The notes under the pieces are model-generated. The model was given only the letters and a program-made list of their open reading frames with translations. It was not told the DNA's origin and did not search any database. The translations under genes were made by a program, and so were the position numbers. From positions 310,001 through 374,000 of the forward strand of contig PPNB01000006.1 in assembly GCA_003707115.1 (NCBI GenBank): a stretch of 64,000 bases of DNA. Reading direction: 5' to 3'. Positions 1 to 11,405 of the stretch are shown here, in pieces; positions within the stretch are counted from its first letter, which is position 1; each line of letters begins with the position of its first letter. Source of the DNA: Tortispora ganteri (taxonomy: Eukaryota).

Positions 1-146
1 AGTTACGTCCAATAATAAAAGCTATATGTAAAATAAAGTTTTGATGCTTTTACACTACTCTACTTTCTAACTCACATAGCAACGTCGAGATCCGATTAAC
101 GCCTGGTTTGCCTTTGCTCTTCGTTTCGCATTATAGCTGTACAGAC

Positions 147-1895
147 ATGGATTTGCTTGCCGCCACACAGACGTATATCAGGCAGATGGTTCCTGATGAT
201 GGAAGTTTGAAGATACTTCTGCTTGACGCAGAGACTACGCAAATTGTCTCGATGGTGTTTAGCCAGTCACAATTGCTACAGAGACAGGTCTACCTCGTCG
301 ATAGACTCGACAATAACAGAGAAAAAATGAAACACCTAAAATGTATAGTATTTATAAGACCCACACAGGAGTCAATACGTGATCTTGTACAAGAGCTTTA
401 TGCGCCCTGCTATGGCGAGTATCACGTTTACACCTCTAACATAATATCGAAATCAAGCTTAGAGCAAATTGCGGAAGCAGATGATCTAGAGGTAGTAACT
501 AAAGTGATAGAATTGTTTGCCGATCAGCATGTAGTATCACCTTCACTATTTTCATTAAATATCACGATACCTAGACTACTCGAGTTTGGCTCGTCGCCTA
601 CTCAATGGAACCCGCAAGCTCTAGATCGTGCTACACAAGGTATCCTCGCAACGCTACTGGCATTGAAGAAAAAACCCGTTATACGGTACCAATCTAATAG
701 CGAAAGGGCGCGCAAATTAGCGTCTTATGTGCAACAATCTGTACATGCCGAACGCCCTTTATTTGATTTTAGAGCGAGCGACACTCCACCGATTTTGCTT
801 TTCCTTGATAGGAAGAATGACCCTGTTACGCCACTTTTACTTCCATGGACGTACCAAGCAATGGTACATGAACTTCTAAACATTCAAAATGGCACAGTTG
901 ACCTTTCTAATGTGCCAGACGTTCGCCCGGAACTGAAACAAATAGTTCTTACCGAAGAAAGTGATCCGTTCTTTAAACGAAACGTTTTCCTTAACTTTGG
1001 AGATCTCGGCTCCACGATCAAAGATTATGTCGACCATTTCCAAGCTAAAACACAGTCGAATAAACAAATAGAGAGCATTGCAGATATGAAACGGTTTGTC
1101 GAGGATTACCCAGAATTTCGCCGTCTCTCAGGGAACGTGAGCAAGCACGTCACCCTAGTTTCTGAGCTGAGCAGAAAAGTGGAAACAGAGAGCTTATTGG
1201 ATGTATCAGAGCTTGAACAGAGTCTTTCCTGCAATGATGCGCATAACCAAGATCTGAAAACATTGCAGTCGTTAATTCAATCGCCAAAAGTAACCGACGA
1301 CGCTAAAGTGCGACTAGTTGCACTGTACGCGTTGAGATACGAAGGCAACCAAAATAACCAAACAAAAGTGCTTATGGAGCTTTTAGGTACCTTAGGTGTA
1401 CCAAAAGAGAAATCTGACGTTATACACACGCTATTGCGTGTCGCTGGTGCTAGTCAGCGGCTGCATGATCCGTATAGCTCTGACTCGATATTTTCTAGGG
1501 CTAGATCAGGTTTTACAGGACTGAAAGGTGTTGAAAACGTATACACACAGCACTCACCTTTGCTCGAAAAGATATTAAGCTGGCTGATTAAAGGCAAACT
1601 GCGACTAGATCAGTATCCGTACGCTGATGGATCGGCTAGTAGCCCACAATCTACGGCATCTGCCAAAGAACGTCCTCAGGATATTATAGTGTTCATGGTA
1701 GGTGGAGTTACGTACGAAGAAGCATTACTGATTCACAAAATTAGCGAAACGGTGCCAGGCGTCCGAATTGTTCTAGGCGGTACCTCTATATTGCGATCTC
1801 AACTATACCTGGAGCAGCTGCGCGAAGCTTCAGCACAGTGGCCGGGACCTACAGGCCACACAGCTCGTGAGAGACTAGCGCACCGAGTTGCTTAA
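147..1895 (+). CDS. VPS45: Sec1/Munc18-family vacuolar protein sorting protein Vps45
   Basis: KILLLDAETTQIVS, DRKNDPVTPLLLPWTYQAMVHELL and NVYTQHSP motifs. First ATG is at 147; the ORF track's start at 108 is a TTG. Confidence 0.96.
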   Translation: MDLLAATQTYIRQMVPDDGSLKILLLDAETTQIVSMVFSQSQLLQRQVYLVDRLDNNREKMKHLKCIVFIRPTQESIRDLVQELYAPCYGEYHVYTSNIISKSSLEQIAEADDLEVVTKVIELFADQHVVSPSLFSLNITIPRLLEFGSSPTQWNPQALDRATQGILATLLALKKKPVIRYQSNSERARKLASYVQQSVHAERPLFDFRASDTPPILLFLDRKNDPVTPLLLPWTYQAMVHELLNIQNGTVDLSNVPDVRPELKQIVLTEESDPFFKRNVFLNFGDLGSTIKDYVDHFQAKTQSNKQIESIADMKRFVEDYPEFRRLSGNVSKHVTLVSELSRKVETESLLDVSELEQSLSCNDAHNQDLKTLQSLIQSPKVTDDAKVRLVALYALRYEGNQNNQTKVLMELLGTLGVPKEKSDVIHTLLRVAGASQRLHDPYSSDSIFSRARSGFTGLKGVENVYTQHSPLLEKILSWLIKGKLRLDQYPYADGSASSPQSTASAKERPQDIIVFMVGGVTYEEALLIHKISETVPGVRIVLGGTSILRSQLYLEQLREASAQWPGPTGHTARERLAHRVA

Positions 1896-2114
1896 ACTCC
1901 GATAAAAAAATAAAAAGGAAGTAGCATTATTAATTACGGCCCTCCACTGCATTCATCTAGCAACGTTGCTATTTTGTAGTTCACTATTGGCTGGACAGAT
2001 GATCAACAGTATCAAGGTTACACATGTAAACTGTAACACATATCCCAATGAAAGATTACAACTTACTGATTTTTTCACTTCGAACTACGCTGATCCAGCT
2101 TCAAAACGGCGCCG

Positions 2115-3758
2115 ATGGCAGTTAAAAAGCACAGCGATGAAAGGCCAGAAAAGGAGAGGTTTTTACAATGTTGCGCGGATATTTCTACGGAGTTAGTCGA
2201 GTCTATGGGTAAAGATGTGAATTTGAACGCTGTTGTGGCTAGATCAGCTAAAAAGTATCATTTGAAGCACCAGCCCCGACTGACCGATATAATAGCCGCT
2301 ATTCCTGCGGATCATAAAAAATACTTACTACCTAAGCTAAAGGCGAAACCCGTGCGGACAGCTAGCGGTATTGCAGTTGTAGCAGTGATGTGTAAGCCAC
2401 ATCGATGTCCTCACATTGCCTACACAGGTAACATTTGCGTCTATTGTCCAGGTGGCCCGGACTCCGATTTTGAGTACTCCACGCAGTCATACACAGGTTA
2501 TGAGCCTACATCTATGCGTGCGATCAGGGCAAGATACGATCCTTACGAGCAGGCCCGAGGTCGAGTTGAACAATTGAGACAACTGGGACATGCTATTGAT
2601 AAGGTCGAGTACATTATTATGGGCGGCACGTTCATGTCACTACCGGCTGATTACCGTGAATGGTTTATTGCTAATTTGCATAATGCATTGTCTGGACACA
2701 CTACAAGCGACGTCGATGAAGCAGTAAGGCTCAGCCAAGAGTCTCAGACTAAGTGTGTAGGCATTACGATCGAAACGCGGCCAGATTACTGTTTGGATCA
2801 ACATCTGAGCGATATGCTGCGTTATGGATGTACTAGGTTAGAAATAGGTGTCCAGTCGGTCTACGAAGATGTAGCAAGAGACTCCAATAGAGGACACACC
2901 GTTAAAGCTGTGTGTAAGACCTTTTGTTTGTCTAAAGACGCGGGATACAAGGTGGTGTCACACATGATGCCCGATCTGCCAAACATGGGCTTGGAAAGGG
3001 ATTTGTTCCAATTTATGGAGTACTTTGAGAACCCAGCATTCAGAACTGACGGCCTGAAGATATACCCTACGCTAGTGATCCGGGGTACTGGTCTTTATGA
3101 ACTCTGGAAGACCGGACGGTACTCGTCATATAACCCCAACGCTTTAATTGATCTCATTGCGCGCATTCTCGCACTAGTGCCGCCATGGACAAGAATATAC
3201 CGGGTGCAAAGGGATATTCCGATGCCTTTAGTCACTGCTGGTGTTGAGAATGGCAATTTGCGGGAATTGGCGCTTGCAAGAATGAAAGATTTTGGCACTA
3301 CTTGCAAAGACGTCCGCACGCGCGAAGTAGGTATCAAAGAGGTTCACCATAAAGTACGACCCGACGAGATTGAGCTTATCAGACGCGACTATGTCGCTAA
3401 TGATGGATGGGAAACGTTTTTATCGTACGAAGACCCCAAACAAGATATACTTGTTGGACTGCTAAGGCTAAGAAAATGCTCTGAAGAGCATACTTTCCGT
3501 CCAGAACTTACTGCTCAGCCCTCGTCAATAGTGAGAGAGCTGCACGTTTACGGTTCGGTAGTGCCGCTGCACAGCCGCGACCCAAAGAAATTTCAACATC
3601 AGGGATTCGGAACGCTGCTCATGAAAGAAGCAGAGCGCATAGCCCGAGAAGAGCATGGAAGCGAAAAGATATCGGTAATATCTGGAGTAGGCGTCAGGAA
3701 GTACTATCAGAAACTCGGCTATGAGCTCGACGGCCCTTATATGTCTAAGATTTTATGA
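2115..3758 (+). CDS. ELP3: Elongator catalytic subunit (radical SAM + KAT)
   Basis: [30 protein letters not shown] and [10 protein letters not shown] motifs; ends GPYMSK. Confidence 0.98.
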   Translation: MAVKKHSDERPEKERFLQCCADISTELVESMGKDVNLNAVVARSAKKYHLKHQPRLTDIIAAIPADHKKYLLPKLKAKPVRTASGIAVVAVMCKPHRCPHIAYTGNICVYCPGGPDSDFEYSTQSYTGYEPTSMRAIRARYDPYEQARGRVEQLRQLGHAIDKVEYIIMGGTFMSLPADYREWFIANLHNALSGHTTSDVDEAVRLSQESQTKCVGITIETRPDYCLDQHLSDMLRYGCTRLEIGVQSVYEDVARDSNRGHTVKAVCKTFCLSKDAGYKVVSHMMPDLPNMGLERDLFQFMEYFENPAFRTDGLKIYPTLVIRGTGLYELWKTGRYSSYNPNALIDLIARILALVPPWTRIYRVQRDIPMPLVTAGVENGNLRELALARMKDFGTTCKDVRTREVGIKEVHHKVRPDEIELIRRDYVANDGWETFLSYEDPKQDILVGLLRLRKCSEEHTFRPELTAQPSSIVRELHVYGSVVPLHSRDPKKFQHQGFGTLLMKEAERIAREEHGSEKISVISGVGVRKYYQKLGYELDGPYMSKIL

Positions 3759-3928
3759 AAATTACGAATATTCGATGTCTTTACAACAAGTAGACCGAAA
3801 AGCATAGAATTAAAACTTCTAAGTAGCCTTAAAAACAAGAAGGACCCATGATGGTCCAAGTAACCAAACCTTTTGATTAGATAAATCCTATAGCTGTGCT
3901 AGCAACTATATCAGTAATACATATGCAT

Positions 3929-5464
3929 TTAGATAGTATAGCGCCAGAAAGGGTGCTTTTCACCTAGTTCACTGAAGTCAATAATGACATCAGTTGGTGG
4001 CTTACCATATTTTTTGTCACGACGCTTGTTCTCTCTATCCATACTCCAAGATGTGAAGGCAGACAAAAGAAGACCAAATGCAGTTACTGCAAACAGACTC
4101 CAGAATCCACGGTGATATTCAGGAGCATCTGAATTAGGAAGAATATATCCGGTGGCAATACCAATAGCGGAACCAGCACATTGGTAAAGACCTACAGCAC
4201 AACTCTTTTTCAAATCACCGCAACAATTATCCTGGATGTTTCCGAGGACTAAAACAACACCAGAGAGAATAGCAGGAATAATCAAGAAGAGTGCACCATA
4301 ACGAGCGGACTGATTTTCCACAGGAATCAAGGCGAGCATGAGATAACCAGCACAAGCGATCACAGAGTTAATAACATAAATAGATGCACGGCGATTCAAA
4401 CGATCAGAGATCGGAGCCACAACATATACCAACACAAATGCAACACAAAATGGCGGAGCCACCATAAGCTGTGATTTGACTTGACTAAAGCCGAAAGATC
4501 GCACAATGAGAGGGGTGAAGGTAGATATAGTGTAGGTCGAGAAGTTCTGGGTCATAAAGATAGCAATGTTAACGCACAAACGCCAATCAGCTAAACTCCA
4601 CAAGAATTCTTTCCATTTAGGGTGACCTCTGACGCGGTTACCGTCACGAAGCATACGCCATTCCATAACTTCGCGTTCACGCGGGTTAAGCCATCTGGTG
4701 TTGTGGGGACGATCAGGAAGAACATAGAAGCAAGAACAAGCAACAACAACGGTGAGGAGACCTTCAATAATGAACAGCCATTTCCAGGCAGGAAGATGAC
4801 TTTCGATATGGGCAACTCCATATGCAATCCATCCTCCGAAAGCACCAGCAAGGGGAGTTGCAGAAAGGTAAACCATGATTCTAGAACCCCATTCCTTTCT
4901 TGGATACCAAGTGGAGAATAACGCAGGAACACCAGAGATTAGGACAGCTTCAAAGACTGCAAGAAAGAATCTGACGGCATACATTCCTTCAGCGTTTGAA
5001 ACAGTAGCCATGACCATGGTAATGCCACCCCATATGAACATAGCTGTGGCAATATACATTGAAGGACGGAAGAAGTGTAAACCCAAATTAACAAAAGGAT
5101 CAGCGACAAGGGTACCAATATAAAAAATAGAGACAGCAAAAGAGAATTGTTGAGAACTCATGTTCAAGTCGTCCTCTATGTTCATCAAGGCAGCATTACC
5201 CAAGCTAGAGCGGTCCAGCCATGTTACGAGGTACAGCAACATCACAAATGGAGGAAGACGAAGATCCATCTTCCATCTTACTTTTCTTTCTTCTTCAGGA
5301 GTAACTGGAGGATCCAAATTTCTGAAAGTGGCAACGTTGTCATCCTTGATACGTTCGATAAGTTCCTCAATATTGTTATCGATGTCCTCGATCATCGACT
5401 GTTGAGGTTTTTCATCGACCAACTGGCCGGGGGCAGTATCGGTTTCGGTATCACTCTTAGACAT
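3929..5464 (-). CDS. MFS permease, allantoate/nicotinate (Dal5/Tna1, ACS) family, copy 1
   Basis: KMDLRLPP, LDRSSLGNA, WYPRKE, WKWLFIIEG and RENKRRD motifs. ATG at 5464 (MSKSDTE) lies just downstream of a TATA; the upstream part of the listed ORF has no ATG. Confidence 0.93.
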   Translation of the reverse strand: MSKSDTETDTAPGQLVDEKPQQSMIEDIDNNIEELIERIKDDNVATFRNLDPPVTPEEERKVRWKMDLRLPPFVMLLYLVTWLDRSSLGNAALMNIEDDLNMSSQQFSFAVSIFYIGTLVADPFVNLGLHFFRPSMYIATAMFIWGGITMVMATVSNAEGMYAVRFFLAVFEAVLISGVPALFSTWYPRKEWGSRIMVYLSATPLAGAFGGWIAYGVAHIESHLPAWKWLFIIEGLLTVVVACSCFYVLPDRPHNTRWLNPREREVMEWRMLRDGNRVRGHPKWKEFLWSLADWRLCVNIAIFMTQNFSTYTISTFTPLIVRSFGFSQVKSQLMVAPPFCVAFVLVYVVAPISDRLNRRASIYVINSVIACAGYLMLALIPVENQSARYGALFLIIPAILSGVVLVLGNIQDNCCGDLKKSCAVGLYQCAGSAIGIATGYILPNSDAPEYHRGFWSLFAVTAFGLLLSAFTSWSMDRENKRRDKKYGKPPTDVIIDFSELGEKHPFWRYTI

Positions 5465-5516
5465 ATAACTTTTGGAAAGAGTGAATACTTGAAGACTGTT
5501 TTGAGAGAAAACCGCA

Positions 5517-5526
5517 TTTATATATA
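5517..5526 (-). promoter_or_regulatory. TATA box of MFS copy 1
   Basis: TATATATAAA on the minus strand about 55 bp upstream of the ATG, at the same relative position as in copy 2. Confidence 0.6.
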
Positions 5527-7343
5527 GTGCCGGCTGATATAGGGGTTCGTGTGTTAGAAAGACAGTTAGAGCACCAAGCGATTTTCCGGGGTAAAGAAAC
5601 AAACTTAAAAGAGTCAGCGTCACTATTGGCCAGAAACCCAAATTTGAGTTAGAATTGTGAAGAAGCGTGGGGGCATCTGCCGAATAAGAGTGGGATTCTC
5701 CGCTATAGTTAGTGGAATAACAAGGAGAACAACATTAGTAGTGTGTGTAGGAGGTTATTATGCCCAAAAAAAAAAAAAAAAATCGGATCCAGTATATACT
5801 TTTCGGCTTTAAGAAACATCTTCTCCTCACTTAGACGACTAAGCACACCGCGGCGTATCTTCACAATTTGTGATGTAAATTATGGGAGAAAAACCAAAGG
5901 CGCTATCACATTTGGAATTAGTCATCGAATGAAGCACACTCGAATACGATAGAAGAAAAACACACTATATCACCTTTAGGCAAACCGCAACACGTGTGAG
6001 TATATAACATCTCGCTTAGTGAATATGTCAATGCTGAAAATATCGAAACGAAGAGTCGATGTTTAGAAATGAGTAAAACTTTAATCCAATTAGAGTGTTA
6101 CCACCAAGTAATGCCCAGCTGTGCTTAGTCTTAGGTGCATAACAGCAAACTGGTCCGTTGTCTGTATTTCTTCTCATTAGAGACGAATATCCACTTAGAG
6201 AGTACAGATATAGTTAGCTGATGAAAGACCGTATTACTGTGAAATCAAAGCAATAAATGGATTATCAAGTTATTCACTACCCCTCAATCGACACGGCTAG
6301 TAAGTTTTCTTCTTCCGACCAAATAGCTAAACCTTAATGTGGAGCACATTCGGGGGAGACCACATTAATACTGACTAGCTTCCTTACTTAAGCCCCGCAA
6401 AGACATTTTTGAAAAAAAAAGATTTCGTCCAATACTTGAGTTAAGGTGCGTGTATTGCTAGCGTCCAATCAAATGGTTATGGCAGTAACCCAACGGGGGG
6501 CCATCCGCCGCACCTGAAGATAGCAGATAAGTGTGGCGGGGGTAAGTATTCAATCGGAACCGCCTTTAAACTCATTAGATTATTGCATCACAATAAACAT
6601 TCATCGGCATTCCTTGCATAGAAACATCAGATATGGCGATTTAGAGCTTCATCTATGCGAAAAAAATAGTAATGACCTATTCACAATCAGACAATCAACC
6701 CGATAATACATGCAGAATGTCTCGCGGTTACTTGACCTGATCCAAGAGAACGGAAACTCTAATAAAACTTTAACTCCACTTTATGTGTTTTGCCCGCCAG
6801 AAGCGTGGGTATTCTCGAGCGCAGAATCACCTAATAACACATATGGTTCAAAGTGAATTACACAACCTAAATACCGTTGCAGCATAATGCCAATATGTAG
6901 TGTATGTAGTAAGTTAGCGACATTGTAGCTAAATGACGCACCTCACTAACGCTGATGCAGTAAACGTTGCAGCTCATATAACAACACTTCCATCAAAGAA
7001 TCTGCAATTTTAACATAGCATCCAACATCAGATCCTCAAAACTTTATTGTCGGAGAAACTGTTGAGTGGTGGGGAAAATTGGAAGCGGGGTTCTCAAGAT
7101 GAATAGGAAACGCCCGGAGCCCATGAGTGTGTACAGCTTAGCTGCAAGGACGGACGTTTTCTTTTATCAACATAGTTGCGCTACGTTCAATATCTCAATC
7201 CGTTCTTGTGAGTCTTCTGGTACACCTAAAAAAGCATCTAGCTAGACTCTTTTCTTGCTCAAAGAAGTTTGTGATATTATTATAGAACATGTTGAAACCG
7301 CAATGACCAGTTACCAATACCAAGCAAGATTTTTGGAAAACAA

Positions 7344-8873
7344 TTAAGGAATATAACGCCAGAAAGGGTGCTTTTCACCAAGCTCACTGAAGTCAATAAT
7401 GACATCAGTTGGTGGCTTACCATATTTTTTGTCACGACGCTTGTTCTCTCTGTCCATACTCCATGATGTGAAGGCAGACAAAAGAAGACCAAATGCAGTT
7501 ACTGCAAACAGACTCCAGAATCCACGGTGATATTCAGGAGCATCTGAATTAGGAAGAATATATCCGGTGGCAATACCCATAGCGGAACCAGCACATTGGT
7601 AAAGACCTACAGCACAACTCTTTTTCAAATCACCGCAACAGTTATCCTGGATGTTTCCTAGGGCCAGGACAACACCAGAGAGAATAGCAGGAATGACCAA
7701 GAAAAGGGCGCCATAACGAGCGGATTGATTTTCCACAGGAATCAAGGCGAGCATGAGATAACCAGCACAAGCGATCACAGAGTTAATAACATAAATAGAT
7801 GCACGGCGATTCAAACGATCAGAGATCGGAGCCACAACATATACCAACACAAATGCAACACAAAATGGCGGAGCCACCATAAGCTGTGATTTGACTTGAC
7901 CATAACCGAAAGATCGCACAATGAGAGGGGTGAAGGTAGATATAGTGTAGGTCGAGAAGTTCTGGGTCATAAAGATAGCAATGTTAACGCACAAACGCCA
8001 ATCAGCCAAACTCCACAAGAATTCTTTCCATTTAGGGTGACCTCTGACACGGTTACCGTCACGAAGCATACGCCATTCCATAACTTCGCGTTCACGCGGT
8101 TTAAGCCATCTGGTGTTGTGGGGACGATCAGGAAGAACATAGAAGCAAGAACAAGCAACAACAACGGTGAGGAGACCTTCAATAATGAACAACCATTTCC
8201 AGGCAGGAAGATGACTTTCAATATGGGCAACTCCATATGCAATCCATCCTCCGAAAGCACCAGCAAGGGGAGTTGCAGAAAGGTAAACCATGATTCTAGA
8301 ACCCCATTCCTTTCTTGGATACCAGGTGGAAAATAACGCAGGAACACCAGAGATTAGGACAGCTTCAAAGACCGCAAGGAAGAATCTGACGGCGTACATT
8401 CCTTCAGGGTTTGAAACAGTAGCCATAACCATGGTAATGCCACCCCATATGAACATAGCTGTGGCAATGTACATTGAAGGACGGAAGAAGTGCAAACCCA
8501 AATTAACAAAAGGATCAGCGACAAGGGTACCAATATAAAAAATAGAGACAGCAAAAGAGAATTGTTGAGAACTCATGTTCAAATCTTCCTCTATGTTCAT
8601 CAGGGCAGCATTACCCAAGCTAGAGCGGTCCAGCCATGTTACGATGTATAAGAGCATCACAAATGGAGGAAGACGAAGATCCATTTTCCATCTTACTTTT
8701 CTTTCTTCTTCAGGAGTAACTGGAGGATCCAAATTTCTGAAAGTGGCAACGTTGTCATCCTTGATACGTTCGATAAGTTCCTCAACGTTGCTATCAATAT
8801 TTTCGACCATAGAGTCGTTAGCCTTTTCTTCGGCAAGTTGATCGACTGAAGGGCGATTTTCTTTTGTAGCCAT
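7344..8873 (-). CDS. MFS permease, Dal5/Tna1 family, copy 2
   Basis: About 97% nucleotide identity to copy 1 over the core (hand count, offset 3415), with a different N-terminal tail. Confidence 0.94.
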   Translation of the reverse strand: MATKENRPSVDQLAEEKANDSMVENIDSNVEELIERIKDDNVATFRNLDPPVTPEEERKVRWKMDLRLPPFVMLLYIVTWLDRSSLGNAALMNIEEDLNMSSQQFSFAVSIFYIGTLVADPFVNLGLHFFRPSMYIATAMFIWGGITMVMATVSNPEGMYAVRFFLAVFEAVLISGVPALFSTWYPRKEWGSRIMVYLSATPLAGAFGGWIAYGVAHIESHLPAWKWLFIIEGLLTVVVACSCFYVLPDRPHNTRWLKPREREVMEWRMLRDGNRVRGHPKWKEFLWSLADWRLCVNIAIFMTQNFSTYTISTFTPLIVRSFGYGQVKSQLMVAPPFCVAFVLVYVVAPISDRLNRRASIYVINSVIACAGYLMLALIPVENQSARYGALFLVIPAILSGVVLALGNIQDNCCGDLKKSCAVGLYQCAGSAMGIATGYILPNSDAPEYHRGFWSLFAVTAFGLLLSAFTSWSMDRENKRRDKKYGKPPTDVIIDFSELGEKHPFWRYIP

Positions 8874-8929
8874 TGTAAATTCAAGAGAGAATAGATGATT
8901 TGGTGAGAAGGATATAGAACTACTTCCCC

Positions 8930-8940
8930 TTATATATATA
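8930..8940 (-). promoter_or_regulatory. TATA box of MFS copy 2
   Basis: TATATATATAA about 57 bp upstream of the ATG at 8873. Confidence 0.6.
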
Positions 8941-9077
8941 GCAAAATGAGGGGAAGGTTATTAGTTTAAAATGTGCCGCGAGCAAGATTGTTGTGAGTGC
9001 TCAAATAGCATATATGCGAAGATCTACCTCTTTAAAGGCGAATCATCATTTATCCAGGATAACCACCCACTATAAAT

Positions 9078-9098
9078 GCGGGGGCGGGGAGGGCGGGG
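9078..9098 (+). promoter_or_regulatory. Clustered GCGGGG (Mig1/CreA-type) sites and potential G-quadruplex
   Basis: GCGGGGGCGGGGAGGGCGGGG: three GCGGGG boxes, and four G-runs of 3 or more separated by 1-nt loops. Confidence 0.5.
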
Positions 9099-10756
9099 TG
9101 AAGATGGTGGAACAGTTGGTTCCTATTTCATTAGCGATATACGTCTTGGTATAAGAGGATGAACGTTCTGGTTGAATGGCCGAAGATGCTGCCCCGCATT
9201 AGAAAATGATAAATGGTCTTGGCAAATGCACAAGAGAATAGGATGGTGTAACGCGAGAGCAAGATTCAATAATCATATCCCCACAAACTAAGATATGCAA
9301 CTGTATAAGGTTGTATTCATACGCTTGAATCAACGGATTTGTCGATGTACGCAAACAGGCCTTGAGAAACTGACATGAGTTTCAAGACGCTGTGATCTGC
9401 ATTCCAACGGGTTAAAACTAATTTCAGATTTCTGACATCAGCGGCACTTTTTCTGTAACTGTCACGTGCGAGAAAATAAAGATGAACAATAGAGCTAAAT
9501 AGTGTTAGGCTTTGTAGAACTGGTCAGGTGGGCGAGCGACCCAACGTCACTGTGGATAACCCCTCCCCCACAGAATATATTGAGCATGAGCATGAAAAAC
9601 ATTTCAGGTAAATAGATACCGGAAATAGCACGACACTGTGATGACTTTGAAGGACGAGGGGGTCAGTGAGGCGTGCTACAGAATTCGAAACGTGGAGGTA
9701 TTAGCAGGACACTTCAAAGCAGCAATATTCGATTGAGAATTCCGCGGATTATTTGACGGTATAGAGTTTTGTACTTATATAAGCAACATGAGTACCACGG
9801 AGTAAACATATACGTGGAAATGTGTATTGGCAGATTTGACGATGTCAACAATTCGAAGGTCGCCACATTTCTGCTATGGGCCTACCAGCGCGTGTATAGC
9901 CAGGATGACAACTACATATGTTGTTCAATTATGCTCTATTATCATGAAAAGTATAAAGCATTGAAAAACTTAGAGAGCGATAAGATTAGGGAGAGCGATG
10001 GTCGAATGGTTAGTGAAAGTAGTGGAGGAAACGAAAAGTGTAAGTAAGTAGCTCTCGTATAACTTAGTTTCGTGGGGGTGGAGAGTGACAAGCCAGTAAT
10101 AGGGGCGGTTACCCCACACGGACGCTAACTCAAAGTATCGAAATCGCAAAATTGAGCTAAAACTTATTATAGAAGGGGGAGGGGTCTGGTATTAGCGTAT
10201 TTCGGAATCGCAAGAATATTGATGCTATTGAAGAAGCAGAACGTGAAGCGCAATGTGGCTCGGTAAGCTGAACCGACGAGTTGATACTTTATCCGAATTA
10301 AGTCTCGGCACAGATCAAGGTACGAACTTCAGACAAAATATAGACCCGCGGAATCTAAATGTCGTCGCCCTTTTCGCAGAGTAAATCAGTTTAAACGAAC
10401 CGAAAGCTACCAAAGCATCTTACCGAAATATGGAGAACAGCAAAAACCTGCCGACCCGTAAACCGTGCTGATTGGGGTGGAGTATTTGGAGATTGGAATA
10501 ATATGAAGCAGAAAAGCTTGACAGTCCATGCCTGCTGCGATAAGGGCGAACATTCTTATCGATTTTCCACTATAGTTGCCCAACTTTCGCACCTTTGAAT
10601 TGTCTATTGTACTCTGAATGGGCGTACATAAGCTCTTCTATTGTTCTAATATGATAGTGATATACTATAGAACACGTAGAACAGCAAGGACCTTTTAGAC
10701 ATTATTTACATACTCGTGGCCACAATACAGTTGACAAGTAGGCCACAAGTATGCAG

Positions 10757-11405
10757 TAAAAGTGTGTTGCGCCAGAATGAATGATTTTCGCCGATGACGC
10801 TGAACTCAATATATCAATTGGTGGCTTGCCATATTTATTATCAGGACGCTTGCTTTGTCTGTACCTGCTCCATGATGTGAAGGCAGACAAACCAAGACCG
10901 AACGCAGTTACACGAACAGACTCCCATCCTCTTATAGAACAGTTTCAAATACAACCGAAAAGAACCATACTGTTCCTATTCCTTCAGGGTCTAAACAGTA
11001 GCCATGACAATTTACGTTGACGGACATAAGAAGTGCAAACCAAAAGCGACAAAAGGATCAACTAAAGGAGTCCCGATACAAAAGGTGGAGACAGCAAAAT
11101 AAATTGCTAGAAGCTCATGTTCAATTCTTCTTCAATATTCATCAAAGGTGCATTGCCTAATATGGAACGATCTAACCATGAAACATGATTAGAACATGTA
11201 GGAAGACCTAAATGCACGTTATATATGACCTTCTTTTCTTTTTTCGGAATAATTGGAGAAATCAAATAACGTGAATTAGTAATATCGCAATCCTTATGCA
11301 TTTAATGACATTGCATACACCGTTATCGACATCTTCTATCATCGAAAAGTCGGACTTCTCATTGACATGTGGATTGGTGGATGGTAGTGGTTCATTGGTG
11401 GTCAT
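10757..11405 (-). pseudogene. Degenerate third copy of the MFS permease
   Basis: Frameshifted fragments SWLDRSILGNAPLMNIEEELNMS and SAFTSWS..KRPDNKYGKPPID. Most of the central ~880 nt is missing. Probable ATG remnant at 11405 with a TATA-like element near 11475-11481. Confidence 0.9.

Noticed and set aside
2115..3758. Alternative CUG decoding
   Set aside because: CTG occurs at a conserved Leu position (ELP3 PRLTDII), consistent with the standard code.
5465..5641. N-terminal extension of MFS copy 1 in the ORF track
   Set aside because: Non-ATG start; spans the TATA box; absent from copy 2.
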